DNA of 64,000 bases. It comes from Albugo candida (lineage: Eukaryota). This document shows, piece by piece, positions 49,088 through 59,407 of the stretch. Within the stretch, counting starts at the first letter, position 1, and each line of letters opens with the position of its first letter. The notes under the pieces are model-generated. The model had not been told where the DNA came from, did not search any database, and saw nothing but the letters and a program-made list of their open reading frames with translations. Location of the stretch: the NCBI GenBank assembly GCA_040437565.1, contig JBDOQK010000036.1, positions 248,001 to 312,000 on the forward strand, in the 5' to 3' direction. The position numbers were made by a program, and so were the translations under genes.

Positions 49088-49449
49088 AAGGCTGATCAAA
49101 AAGCTGAAGAGCTGAAACCTTTTGGAAAAATTGAATGCTGACATTTCAATGTTAGCAGAGTGGAAGATGCAACAAGCTTTTTGAAATGTCTTTGCGAAAG
49201 GACCTACGCTAAAGCTTTTATCGATGTTCCTCAATTGCCGCCCGCGTATCATTTGCGCTTCAAGGTATAATNNNNNNNNNNNNNNNNNNNNNNNNNNNNN
49301 NNNNNNNNNNNNNNNNNNNNNNNNNNNNNNNNNNNNNNNNNNNNNNNNNNNNNNNNNNNNNNNNNNNNNNNCGCGTATCATTTGCGCTTCAAGGTATAAT
49401 ATAGTATAATGTATTTTTATAATTACGTAGCAATTATAATATCACGATT

Positions 49450-50820
49450 ATGATCGATGCAGTGGAATTGCTCTCGATTCTTGGTCCTATTACTTGTTGT
49501 GAGGAGAACCTAGGGATTTGCTTGCCTCATGAGCATATACTACACTCTATCAGTAGCATTCTCAATGCTGATGACAAGGCTGAAGCTGGTGCTGATAATA
49601 TTCAGGTGGAAGAGCTGCTTTCAGCTCGTCAAGATCCGAAGGGATATCGAAAAGGAATCAATTTGCGTATGGAAAACACCTCCGATAGCATTCGTGAGCT
49701 GGAAAGGATGAAACGCGACTTGGATGTCGTCATCATCGATGCAACATTGGATCAAGAGCGGCTGAATAGCGCCGTTATGAGCAACAAAGTGATTGACATT
49801 GCTGAGAAATTAGTCGACAAACGCATTCATATTGTCAATGTCACAAGTCTGAATCTGGAACAAGTCGAATTCGAATCGAAAGAGGAGAGCAGCAAGTTGT
49901 TTAAGATTATGAAACATCGATTTCTTTATGGAGAAAAATGCGAAAATGACAGCGGAAGTAGCAGAAAGCGTTATTTCGGTGCGATGTATCAACAGCTTCA
50001 TCTCTATTTCTCTACAGAAGGTATAAATTCTAGCACATTGGATCTAAAGCATCAATTCCTTGCGAGCACAATTGCAAAGTTACACTCAGAAATTAACGTA
50101 CCAGTGTTTCTATCGCTTTCGTGCAATAGCACCCAAACAATAGAATTCTTTGCGTACGTTCAGAGATTTTTTCATCAAATGCAAATCGAAGGAGTAAAAA
50201 TGGACAGAATTGTCTTTTGTCATGCGGATCGCTGGATAGAACAACCGCATTTCGAGTATACGTCTTTTCTCTTCTCTCTCGCAGATCTTGGCGTCTCGTT
50301 ATTGCTTTCTAGTATTGGATTGTACACTGCGAGCGAATACCTGATCCTGAATCCTCTTTTGACGCTTGGAAATGATACCATCCCGAGAGCCACATGGTTT
50401 CCCCCACCGAAAGATCAGAAGATTGTGCAACTGCTTTACCAATTGATTGCCCGAGGTTACGTGGACCAAGTACTTATTTCAACCTCTATCTTGCTGAAGA
50501 CGCAGTTGAGACGATATGGAGGTGGCGGCTATCAATATTTGGAGCAATGTTTCAAAAAAGGATTTCTGGCTGGAAGCTCTGACGTTTGCGAAATGGAAAA
50601 GTGGTGGCAGACAATGACGAGAAGGAACCCGCTCAAACTCCTCAAATGGTATAGTGCGCCATCCAAAGCCGAAACACCTCGTGAGTACCTCATCTGCTCC
50701 ATTTGCAAGCAATGCTTTGAGCCAATTGTTGGCGAGTTTTTTACCAAATTCAACTTTACATATTGCGGGACGAAATGCCTTAAACTACACAGTAAGTGTC
50801 GATTTAAAGCAATAAAATAG
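49450..50820 (+). CDS. Phosphotriesterase-related (PTER-like) protein with C-terminal treble-clef Zn finger
   Basis: LGPI...LGICLPHEHI, IVFCHADR, GYVDQVLIS, LRRYGGGGYQY and NP, followed by CSIC..F.YCGTKCLKLH. Confidence 0.8.
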   Translation: MIDAVELLSILGPITCCEENLGICLPHEHILHSISSILNADDKAEAGADNIQVEELLSARQDPKGYRKGINLRMENTSDSIRELERMKRDLDVVIIDATLDQERLNSAVMSNKVIDIAEKLVDKRIHIVNVTSLNLEQVEFESKEESSKLFKIMKHRFLYGEKCENDSGSSRKRYFGAMYQQLHLYFSTEGINSSTLDLKHQFLASTIAKLHSEINVPVFLSLSCNSTQTIEFFAYVQRFFHQMQIEGVKMDRIVFCHADRWIEQPHFEYTSFLFSLADLGVSLLLSSIGLYTASEYLILNPLLTLGNDTIPRATWFPPPKDQKIVQLLYQLIARGYVDQVLISTSILLKTQLRRYGGGGYQYLEQCFKKGFLAGSSDVCEMEKWWQTMTRRNPLKLLKWYSAPSKAETPREYLICSICKQCFEPIVGEFFTKFNFTYCGTKCLKLHSKCRFKAIK

Positions 50821-50912
50821 AGACGAAAACGTCCGCTTTATATTATTTGCTACTTTTACGACAGAAATGAGAACGCCACGTTTAGGGTACCGGAATGGAC
50901 ACACTCCACGAC

Positions 50913-51410
50913 CTAATTGGGTAGATACAATATCTCCGAGTGCTTTGGATACAATACCAGCCCCATACCCGCCGATTCCATATTGGAAGTTGTGGTATTG
51001 GTCCGCTCCAGTTGTAGGGATGTTGCATTCACATAGGATTTGTCAGTGAATCTGTGCTCTAATGCTTTCCGTACCTTTTCTCCAAGTTGATTGCATCCAC
51101 TGTGAAAATTGTCGACAATTTGTCTCATATTCAGCTCCACAGAGTCAATTGCGATGATACAATCCATTGGCTCGAGCGTATCGATTTCTTCAAATAGAGA
51201 TCGGCACGCATTCGATTCACACATCTTCAATAGCTTCTCGGGATCGGGCCATCCACCGTGTGGGATGAAGGAGCTTCCAGAAGCTTCCATACAAGAAGAA
51301 ACGTTGGGATTTGAAGCCGCAGATGCCAATTTGACGACTTCAGAGCTCGGGCAATGTTTCGCAGAGATCGCGAGGAGCAGCTGCAAATATGCGATACATA
51401 AAAGCCACAT
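50913..51410 (-). CDS. Elicitin-like (ELL) secreted protein
   Basis: Signal peptide followed by the six-Cys elicitin pattern C..CMEASG(S)SF..P..MCESNAC..I..DC..C and a Thr-containing tail. Confidence 0.9.
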   Translation of the reverse strand: MWLLCIAYLQLLLAISAKHCPSSEVVKLASAASNPNVSSCMEASGSSFIPHGGWPDPEKLLKMCESNACRSLFEEIDTLEPMDCIIAIDSVELNMRQIVDNFHSGCNQLGEKVRKALEHRFTDKSYVNATSLQLERTNTTTSNMESAGMGLVLYPKHSEILYLPN

Positions 51411-51701
51411 TGTTGGAATGGTTTGGCAAGGGATACTTTGCGAATGCATTGCCGTATCGTCCTGGAACGCATTCTTCTTCGGCAAAGAGACTAAAGATCT
51501 CGGAGAAGAAGAAAATGTCTATCAATCATACCGAACATAGCACTATGTTTCCTGTACTTTGGAACCNNNNNNNNNNNNNNNNNNNNNNNNNNNNNNNNNN
51601 NNNNNNNNNNNNNNNNNNNNNNNNNNNNNNNNNNNNNNNNNNNNNNNNNNNNNNNNNNNNNNNNNNCGCTAATTATACATGGATGTCGTTCTTTTCACAT
51701 A

Positions 51702-52305
51702 GTTTCTGTGGCTAAATGATAACGCGATCCATTTCTACTTTGCGTATTTGCATCTATACGTATGCAATGAATCTCCTCGTGTTCTTTTCGCGGACCCTGC
51801 GGTCGTATCGTGTCTTTTATTGCAGTGTGATGATGACCAAGATTTAAAGGAGATGACTTGCGGTTGGAAATTGCATGAAAAGGAGCTATGTTTCTTTCCA
51901 GTGAATAACAGACAGTCCTTTGAAGAGTACGGTTCACATTGGTCGCTTATTGTTTTTCGTAAGAATGAGAAGGGATTGGAGCACTACGATTCCAGTGAGC
52001 CTCTCAATGAAGCGGCAGCTATTCGAACTTGTGACATGCTTCGTCGTGTTTTTCAGCTATCAACGGACGACGACGAAGTGCTTCGATCTGCTGATGTAAA
52101 TTATGGCATTATAAAGCGATCCTGCGCACAGCAGGCAAATGAATATGATTGTGGTATGCACGTCTTATTAGTGGCCGAATATCTGACGAAAGCGCACTTC
52201 AAAAGCGTAAATTGTTCGCTTCAAGAGTATGTGAGCCCAATGAAAATTCGAGAAAGGAGACTTGAGATACCCTCACTCATTAAGAGATTACAAGAGAACG
52301 CGTAA
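51702..52305 (+). CDS. SENP8: NEDD8-specific protease SENP8/DEN1 (Ulp1/C48 family); 5' exon lost in gap
   Basis: WLNDNAIHFYFAYL, FFPVNN, GSHWSLIV, HYDS and QQANEYDCGMHV (His/Asp/Cys triad). Confidence 0.88.
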
Positions 52306-52353
52306 AAATATCATATACAAATCAGAAATTCGATTGTCTCTTAATTCCTGTGG

Positions 52354-53583
52354 CTAAATGGATGCTGTGTCTTTGATGACGGGATCCTCCGCACCATCAA
52401 TGTTTTGAATGCTGATCCCTTGAGATTCAAGCCATGAGGCGTTGTAGAGCTTTCCCAAGTACCGTTCTCCGCTATCACACAAGATCGTCACAATTGTGTG
52501 TCCGGGTCCCAGCTCTTTGGCCATTTTATAGGCTCCAACAACATTCAAAGCGGCACTTGGCCCAATGAAAATGCCATCCTTATTTAAAAGGTGGTAAGCC
52601 ATATTGACAATGTCTTGATTACTTCCCGTTATTCCCTTGTCGATTCGAGCTTCTTTGAAGTTGGAACTCAACAAAGGCACCCCAATACCTTCGGCAATGG
52701 TGCTACCACCCTTTGTCGGAACCACTTCGATTCCATCCTTCTTGATGAGAACCTCTGGTGTATTCACATACGAACTCATGCCATCAATCTCTTCTGGATC
52801 GATAAGCCACACTTGAAGTTGATCATTTTTTTCTTTGAAAAATTTAGAGCATCCAGCAATCGTTCCTCCAGTTCCCGAGGCAGACACAAATCCGTCTATT
52901 TTTCCATTTGTCTGTCGCCACATTTCAGGTGCGGTTTCCAGATAATGTGCTCTCATATTAGCCTGATTTTCGAATTGATTGAAAAAAAACATTGTGTTGG
53001 AGTGTTCCGAATCATAATTTTCCTTGATCGATTGTGCGACGTAGTAAAAGTGCTTCTCTTTGTCGAAGATAGACGCGACCGGCATGACGTGAACCTTTGC
53101 ACCAGCGATTTCCATGGCGCTGACTTTCTCTGCGGATGCTTTGTCAGGTGACACAAAAGTTGTCGGATATCCTCTAGAGGCGCACAGAATAGCCAATGAT
53201 GCCCCAGTGTTGCCCCCAGTTGCTTCAATAACCGGACAATTCTTTGGATTAGTTGGGTCCAAAAGACCTTGTTCTTCTGCTTCCAAAATCATTTGCTTTG
53301 CTGCACGATCCTTCAAACTGAACGTGGGATTCATAAATTCTGCTTTTCCGTAAATTTTACAGTTTGTGAGCTCTGAGAGACTTTTTATCTCAATGAGCGG
53401 AGTGTTCCCAATTGCATCAAAGAGACTGTGTCCGACTTTGACTTTTGCGTTTGGCTTTGCTTTGGCATTTTTCTTCTTTTTGGCTTCTCGTTCCCTCTTA
53501 TCGACAAAAAGGAAGCCGATAGAGACGCACCCAGCCATCAAACAGACAGCGGGAAGAGCCCAGGGACGAACACGGTTCGTCAT
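52354..53583 (-). CDS. Cysteine synthase / PLP fold-type II enzyme with N-terminal membrane anchor
   Basis: IGNTPLIEI, KAEFMNPTFSLKDR (PLP Lys), ATGGNTG, NQFEN.AN..AHY, SGTGGT, EGIG and TILCDSGERY. Confidence 0.92.
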   Translation of the reverse strand: MTNRVRPWALPAVCLMAGCVSIGFLFVDKREREAKKKKNAKAKPNAKVKVGHSLFDAIGNTPLIEIKSLSELTNCKIYGKAEFMNPTFSLKDRAAKQMILEAEEQGLLDPTNPKNCPVIEATGGNTGASLAILCASRGYPTTFVSPDKASAEKVSAMEIAGAKVHVMPVASIFDKEKHFYYVAQSIKENYDSEHSNTMFFFNQFENQANMRAHYLETAPEMWRQTNGKIDGFVSASGTGGTIAGCSKFFKEKNDQLQVWLIDPEEIDGMSSYVNTPEVLIKKDGIEVVPTKGGSTIAEGIGVPLLSSNFKEARIDKGITGSNQDIVNMAYHLLNKDGIFIGPSAALNVVGAYKMAKELGPGHTIVTILCDSGERYLGKLYNASWLESQGISIQNIDGAEDPVIKDTASI

Positions 53584-53659
53584 TGCAGCGCGAAACGACA
53601 GGCGAAATGTTTGAAAAGCTGCTTTCTGAATTGCGTATACCACATACTTTAGTAGTAAT

Positions 53660-54295
53660 ATGAAAAGCAGGTACGGCCATATGTCAGCCCTTACGTGTAC
53701 AAGTTTGATGCGTTTTATGCAGCTTAAAGGCGGGGACAGCAGGCGCTGTTGCTGGTATATTTGGAAAGGTATTGATATTTATTGCCATTGAATGGTAAAA
53801 TATTGATTTGTTCGTCTTACAGCTTGCATCCGAGAGAGAGATTGGAGGGGTACCACTGGATTTGAAGCATTGTCGACTGGATGGTAACGCGGACGACATT
53901 GCGTGTATTTGGGTGCGTACTGTATCCCTTCAACGGAATGATCTTAAATCTGATGTGCAGTTACCGGTGGGAATCCAAATAACGTGTCTGATGTGCATGC
54001 TCGGAATGAATGCTCTTATGCTCCGCTACTTTCTTCGCGGGCTGCAGGAATCCGACTCGCTCACGTCAACGATCACTAGCTTTTCAGCCAATTTTGTCGT
54101 CACAGTAAGGTTCAAGCATATTTATAACGCATACGGATGTAATGCGATGCTGTGCAGGCAATAGGGGGCTTCTGGCTCTTTAATGAAGATTTAAACCTTC
54201 AATGGACTTTTGGCGCTATATTGATTTTATTAGGAATGTTCCTTTTGCTGTATGGAGAAAGCGGTTTAAGGACAGAAGAAAGCAAGAAACAATAA
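53660..54295 (+). CDS. TMEM42: TMEM42-like small EamA/DMT membrane protein (5 exons)
   Basis: The spliced model gives AGTAGAVAGIFGKLAS..NALMLRYFLRGLQES.SL..T..SFSANFVVTAIGGFWLFNE......GAILIFIGMFLL, with GT-AG introns. Confidence 0.8.
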
Positions 54296-54402
54296 ACATT
54301 GAATACGCTCAATTGCAGCGCTGTAATAATGTTAGATTAGCGTCAAGAGTATTAGACTTCCTTTTCCGCGGCATTTTGACAATGTTTCTTTCGTAAAGGG
54401 AC

Positions 54403-54540
54403 TGGCCTCCCGAAGGGAGAATTAACAGAAATTGGAGCCGGCCAGTGGCCTTCTCACGGGGGTTGGAGTAGTTTTCAACTAGCAATCACGATGCATCAGC
54501 AGAGCTTCACACGCTATCGTATTGCCCCAAGCGCAAAGAT
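54403..54540 (-). ncRNA. U4: U4 spliceosomal snRNA
   Basis: The minus strand reads AUCUUUGCGCUUGGGGCAAUACGAUAGCGUGUGAAGCUCUGCUGAUGCAUCGUGAUUGCUAGUUGAAAACUACUCCAACCCCCGUG..AAUUUCUG..CUCCCUUCGGGAG. This contains the U6-pairing stem II and stem I segments, the K-turn 5' stem-loop, an Sm site and a UUCG 3' hairpin. Confidence 0.93.
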
Positions 54541-54565
54541 GAAGTGCTACAGTTCAGGCGACTAC

Positions 54566-54571
54566 TTTATA
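54566..54571 (-). promoter_or_regulatory. TATA box of U4 snRNA gene
   Basis: TATAAA on the minus strand at about -26 to -31 from the U4 5' end. Confidence 0.55.
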
Positions 54572-54648
54572 GTATATGCGACTCCCACACGAACAATTTT
54601 TCATTTGCGACGTTATTGACACGTCGAAAAGCGTCGAAAAAGAACGAC

Positions 54649-55309
54649 ATGCATGAGCTTACGGGAGTGCAGAAGATCTCCGCGTGCGCCGTACGTCGAC
54701 AGAATCGTTAAATGTCAACTTGATATGAATCAGAATCATGTAGGGCGCAGGTCTATTTTTCGGGATCACACTCGGATCGATTGAAGCTGTCTGGTCCATT
54801 CCAAAACTTGGTCTGGCGCTTACTTTAAAATTGTTGGGTGGAGTACATTTGCTGAATGTATTGTATTAGGTACAAACTTACCAAAATTCTCATCTCAACT
54901 AAAACACATTGGGGGTCGATGCATTCTATTCGGAGCTGCAGCGACGTTATATGCAACGATCGAATACGCCGCGGTAAGTGCTGTAAATCGATAACGTTCA
55001 TCACCAAATAAACTTTTCTGTATCTGAAGGAGTCAATTCGTCACAAAAAAGATTTCATGAATGCTGGCATTGCAGGAGCACTAGCAGGAGGATCTGTTGT
55101 TGGTATCCGGTCTGGTAATGCCCGAACAGCGAGCGGTGCCGCACTTATCACCGCAGCAGCGAGTGGTGCCTGCTCTTACTGGTAAGATCGCTGTGAAGCA
55201 ATACATTATCGTCAAGGAATCTCAAATGTTATGTAGGGAAACACTTTCCGATGATCCATTTGAGAGGTATGCAGCTGCACGGAAAGCGCGAGAAGGACGA
55301 GTGGAATGA
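54649..55309 (+). CDS. Tim17/Tim22/Tim23-family mitochondrial membrane protein (possibly NDUFA11-like), 5 exons
   Basis: Spliced model: GAGLFFGITLGSIEAVW..FGAAATLYATIEYAAESIRHKKDFMNAGIAGALAGGSVVGIRSG. The R.K.D..N..IAG...G segment is the PRAT-family signature. Confidence 0.82.
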
Positions 55310-55679
55310 TAAACAAGCGATTCGAAAGCTTGAAAGATTATGATTAACATTGGAATACATACTTTTGGCTCCGATGTTCAACCTCTTCTAATAAACAGAC
55401 GTCTACTCTAGAGATGAGAAGAAATTCGAAGGGGACTGTAAAGGCGTAGCGGTTCCATTCCTGCAAAAAAAAAAGATCGAACGAGCTTTTAGTTCCCAAA
55501 AAACATTCCACAGCATGCAATGAATTGCAGATCACAATTCATTTATTATGAATTGTATTGAATTGATGAAGTAGAACGATTGCGCATGAGCTCTTCCCAT
55601 CAGCCGAAATGACTGCGTTTTACAGTACCACAACTTTCTCAATAGCTCTTCTGGCCGCAATTGCTTGCATCCGACGACG

Positions 55680-56792
55680 ATGCAAAGCGGTGATCCCTCT
55701 TCCCAAGTCGTCATCGATGCGCCTTATACATTGCACATGCGCGTGCATACGTTGGAGGCTTTCGTCAACACTCGGGCGGGACATTTCGCGTATTGCAAGC
55801 TGTACATTGGCCATAAAGTCATGACAAACGGTAGTCGTGTGGGTGTGGCTCGATTACTAATGCCAAATCGTGAAGATGATTTACAGAAACGATATATGCG
55901 AACATTCAAAACAAACTCGCAAGTGTTCAAGCGACAATTTGTTGTATGGAATCAAAAATTTCGAATTGGCGTTTTGGATCCGGAAAAAGAAGTGATGACG
56001 TTCCGAATCAAAAGCCGTAAAGCGATGTTCAGGATCACAATTGGTGCTTGCGCGTTTTATATGAATCAGCTATTGAGCACAGAAGGGATCGACCAATGGC
56101 TCCCATTGAGTAAAGGCCTCAAGTCGACGGGGCAGATCCGACTGCAATTACGATTACTGGAGACGAAAAGTATGTATCTGAACGAGAATTACATTGCGAA
56201 TCGACAGACGACGATATTATTGAGTAAGTCAAAGGGGTCAGAAGATGTATCGTTGCGACCGAATTCAGATATAAACGGGCGGGGAAGAGAAGAATGCTAC
56301 ACGAAGAAAGATTGCAATTCGGTCTGCGTTGAAGTCGAGAACTTTGAGAAACAGATGGAATACGAGCAACATGACTGGATCCATTTGAGCAATCTTGAGA
56401 GCAATGATTTGTTCGATATCAAGGATGCGCTTGGTGAAAGGAGTCGTGATTCGTGGGAGACCGTTGTTGTCAAAGAAACGATGCGTGACTCCAAACTCTC
56501 GTCTAGCGGAAGTAATGCGAGTACATTAAGCCATTTTGACGATCGAACTGCACGATTTATCACATCCACAATGTCCTCGTCTGCTGCGTCTTCTCTTTGG
56601 GGGAAGGGAAGACGAAGTAGTAATTTCGATTCAATCACATCGATCAAAGGATTCATGCAGCTGTGTGGGCGTCGTAACGTTTCCAAAGAAAACTTTTTAG
56701 AAACACAAATCGAAGTTGTCGCGCAAGAAAATGAGTTCGACGACCAGCAAAATACGTTTAAAGCAGCAACAAATAAGATGATCGATCTCTAA
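55680..56792 (+). CDS. C2 domain-containing protein
   Basis: AYCKLYIG..FKT..VWNQKF.I..MTFRIK..IGAC..DQWLPL..G..TGQIRLQLRL, followed by a Ser-rich tail. Confidence 0.8.
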   Translation: MQSGDPSSQVVIDAPYTLHMRVHTLEAFVNTRAGHFAYCKLYIGHKVMTNGSRVGVARLLMPNREDDLQKRYMRTFKTNSQVFKRQFVVWNQKFRIGVLDPEKEVMTFRIKSRKAMFRITIGACAFYMNQLLSTEGIDQWLPLSKGLKSTGQIRLQLRLLETKSMYLNENYIANRQTTILLSKSKGSEDVSLRPNSDINGRGREECYTKKDCNSVCVEVENFEKQMEYEQHDWIHLSNLESNDLFDIKDALGERSRDSWETVVVKETMRDSKLSSSGSNASTLSHFDDRTARFITSTMSSSAASSLWGKGRRSSNFDSITSIKGFMQLCGRRNVSKENFLETQIEVVAQENEFDDQQNTFKAATNKMIDL

Positions 56793-57058
56793 TACAGCTT
56801 TCTCATAGTTTGTGATGCTTACCCCTTCGTTTACATACGCTGTCCCTCTAATGATCAAGACGGATGCAGGGATCCTTTCCTGCTATACGTCTCCTGTATG
56901 CTGCATCGGATGTGACACATAGTTGCTGGAATGCATTGGAATGATTGATTTTCTATCACATCAGTCAGTTTCTGAATTTATAGATTTAGAGGTCCGACCT
57001 GTATTAGGTGCGATTTAGTAATTACTCCCTATTTTCTCTCGCTAAAGTGCAATCTGGA

Positions 57059-59324
57059 ATGGCGTCAGTTGTTCCGGCATCTGTGGGCGATGGAAGCAGC
57101 AGTATTTCATCTTCAGCAATGGAAAATCTCTCTACAAGCTCTAATTCTCCTTCTTCAGCACCACTAGTCAATGCTCCGTCATTATCTGATCCGCTTGTAG
57201 TAAAAAGTATACTTGCTCAGTTCGACTCACAAATCAATCAAATGATGGATTACCCAGCCAAAGATATCATCAATTCGCTCACTATGGCAGCGGAAAAATT
57301 CGAATTTGCTCAAGAAATAGTTCAGTTTCTGGAGACCAAAATTCATCGGGTTCATTAATAGCTTCTTTTGCAATATTAGATTTCCAATGTAACAACGTTG
57401 TAATTTTTGTTTATGGTCCTTAATTTATGTGCAGGTATCGCCTAATTTCAAGCTGCCTATCTTCTATCTGATGGACTCCATCTTGAAGAACGTAAAGGGA
57501 CCGTACCCCAAGCTTTTTGGTGAACATATCGTCCCGCTGTACTGCAACTGTGTGCGCCAAGTCACGCCAAAAGACCTTCGCCGATTCGTGCACGTGTTAA
57601 ACACCTGGGAAGCCTCTCAATTGTTTTCACCAGGAGCACTTGGGCAAATGCGATCGGCGGCAACCCGGGCTCTAGCACAGATAGAACCGTCCAAAATTGC
57701 TCAAGTCCCAGTTAGTTTTGCCCAAGAACGACAGCTTGTCGACACAGTACCTTCCTTTCAGTCGAAAATCGAAAGCACCAATTACGATTTGGAGCTCCGA
57801 GTCATTTTGACACAAGTAAGGGAAAGCCTGCTATTGATTATGCAATATGCAATACTCAGTCTGCTCGTGTTATCATTTGGATAGCTACAAAACGATATGG
57901 GGATTCATCCGACACAGCATATGAGCTTGGAGCAAGTACGGTCCGATAATCCCGAGTATTACCAGCAATTACAAGAGTATCACACCGCATCGAAAATTAA
58001 ATCAGTAGAAGTAAAGGTTCCCGATAGTGTCCCTGATCGATCATGTCAATATGAAACACAACCTCGAGAAGGAGGCCGAATACCGCACACCTCAAAAAGG
58101 AGAGGGAGAAATAAGCGGATGGAACGTGTACGAAATCAACAGTCTTATAGAGAAAATCAGAGTAAGAATAGTATGAAACATCCAATCCCTGCTATTCCTT
58201 CTTCGGGAGAGGCTTCTAGATCTGCGAATGTTGCACACTTGATGAAGTTGCTGAGAAGCAAACGTCGCTCACCATCTCCTGCTCCATCCAGTCAACATGA
58301 AGACAAAGCCATTGCAAAAGAAAATCCGCGAGCACCCACAACCACGCCATCGTCATCCTCTAGCTCTAGGCAAACCAAAGGTGGTCCCGATCCCGCGGCT
58401 GTCATGTCCATTTTGAAAAAACTACGAGGTTTGTCTGGGTCCAAAGGAGGTAAAGCTAGTGCAGGAAGAGCTGAGAATAATTCTTTGAAAGAGCAGACTC
58501 GGCAGGTGACAGGCAACACAACAGCCAAAAATGACGTCATGTCCTCCAAGATGTGGTTTAGTGACAAGATCGTCGCACACAAGGATCGCGTGGAATCTAA
58601 CATACAGAAACTATATGCAGCACTACCGCTTGTGTGTCGAGAAAGTGGCGTCCGCTTTCGCGAACAAAGCAAACTAGACGCTCATTTAGATTTTTTGTTT
58701 CAGTATAATCGATCTGTGAAGGAACGTGGCAAAGGCGGCATCTCAAGAGCATGGTATCCGAACAAAGAGCAATGGACAACGGATTTCTCAACGGATCATA
58801 CGGCCAGAAAGAAGACCAGCAGTAGCTTTTTTGATCAAGATAGCAAGCAAATACAAAGTGACAAAGATGATCAAGTGTTGATGGCGCTGAGGAACGCAAG
58901 AGTTCCAGTCGATGAATCAGTCACCAAATGTCGAATTTGTGGGTACGTCGAGGAATTGATACTTTATCCGGAGGCTTATGTGTGTGTTAGTGAGCCATTT
59001 GAAAAGTGCTGGGACGAAGATGAAGAAGAGTGGATGTACATCAACGCGATTGTGGGGACGATTCATGGCCAGGACGATGAAAATGTGAAGACGACGATAT
59101 TTCACAAGTACTGTTATGACACGGTACTGTCCAACTCAAAATGCATCACATGGGAGCATCTGATCCCTGAAGCAGCATTGGACGATCAAGTAGAAGGAAC
59201 AGACGATGATGAAATAGGGAGCAAGAAACGGATACGTGAAGAACTAGAAATGGAGCTTGCTAGCGACGAAGAAGACTCTGATGACGATGTCAAACGTCCT
59301 CGGGCAACAACGTCGGAGCACTAG
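57059..59324 (+). CDS. PCF11: Pre-mRNA cleavage/polyadenylation factor Pcf11
   Basis: CID (KDIINSLTMAAE, KLPIFYLMDSILKNV, LNTW), zinc finger 1 (CRESGVRF..LDAHLDFLF..SRAWY) and zinc finger 2 (CRICG..F..WDEDEEEWMY..FHKYC). Introns present. Confidence 0.92.
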
Positions 59325-59407
59325 CAAGAAGCGTTCACTTATTTCCAATATATTGATCTGTTAGCTACAACTCTACAATCAAAATTGTTTTTGACAGAGA
59401 ATACCAA

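Noticed and set aside
56850-56980. Short inverted repeats (gatgcag..ctgcatc; tgattgat..atcagtca) resembling a snoRNA or SECIS
   Set aside because: The stems are short, there are no convincing box motifs, and the upstream gene has no in-frame UGA.
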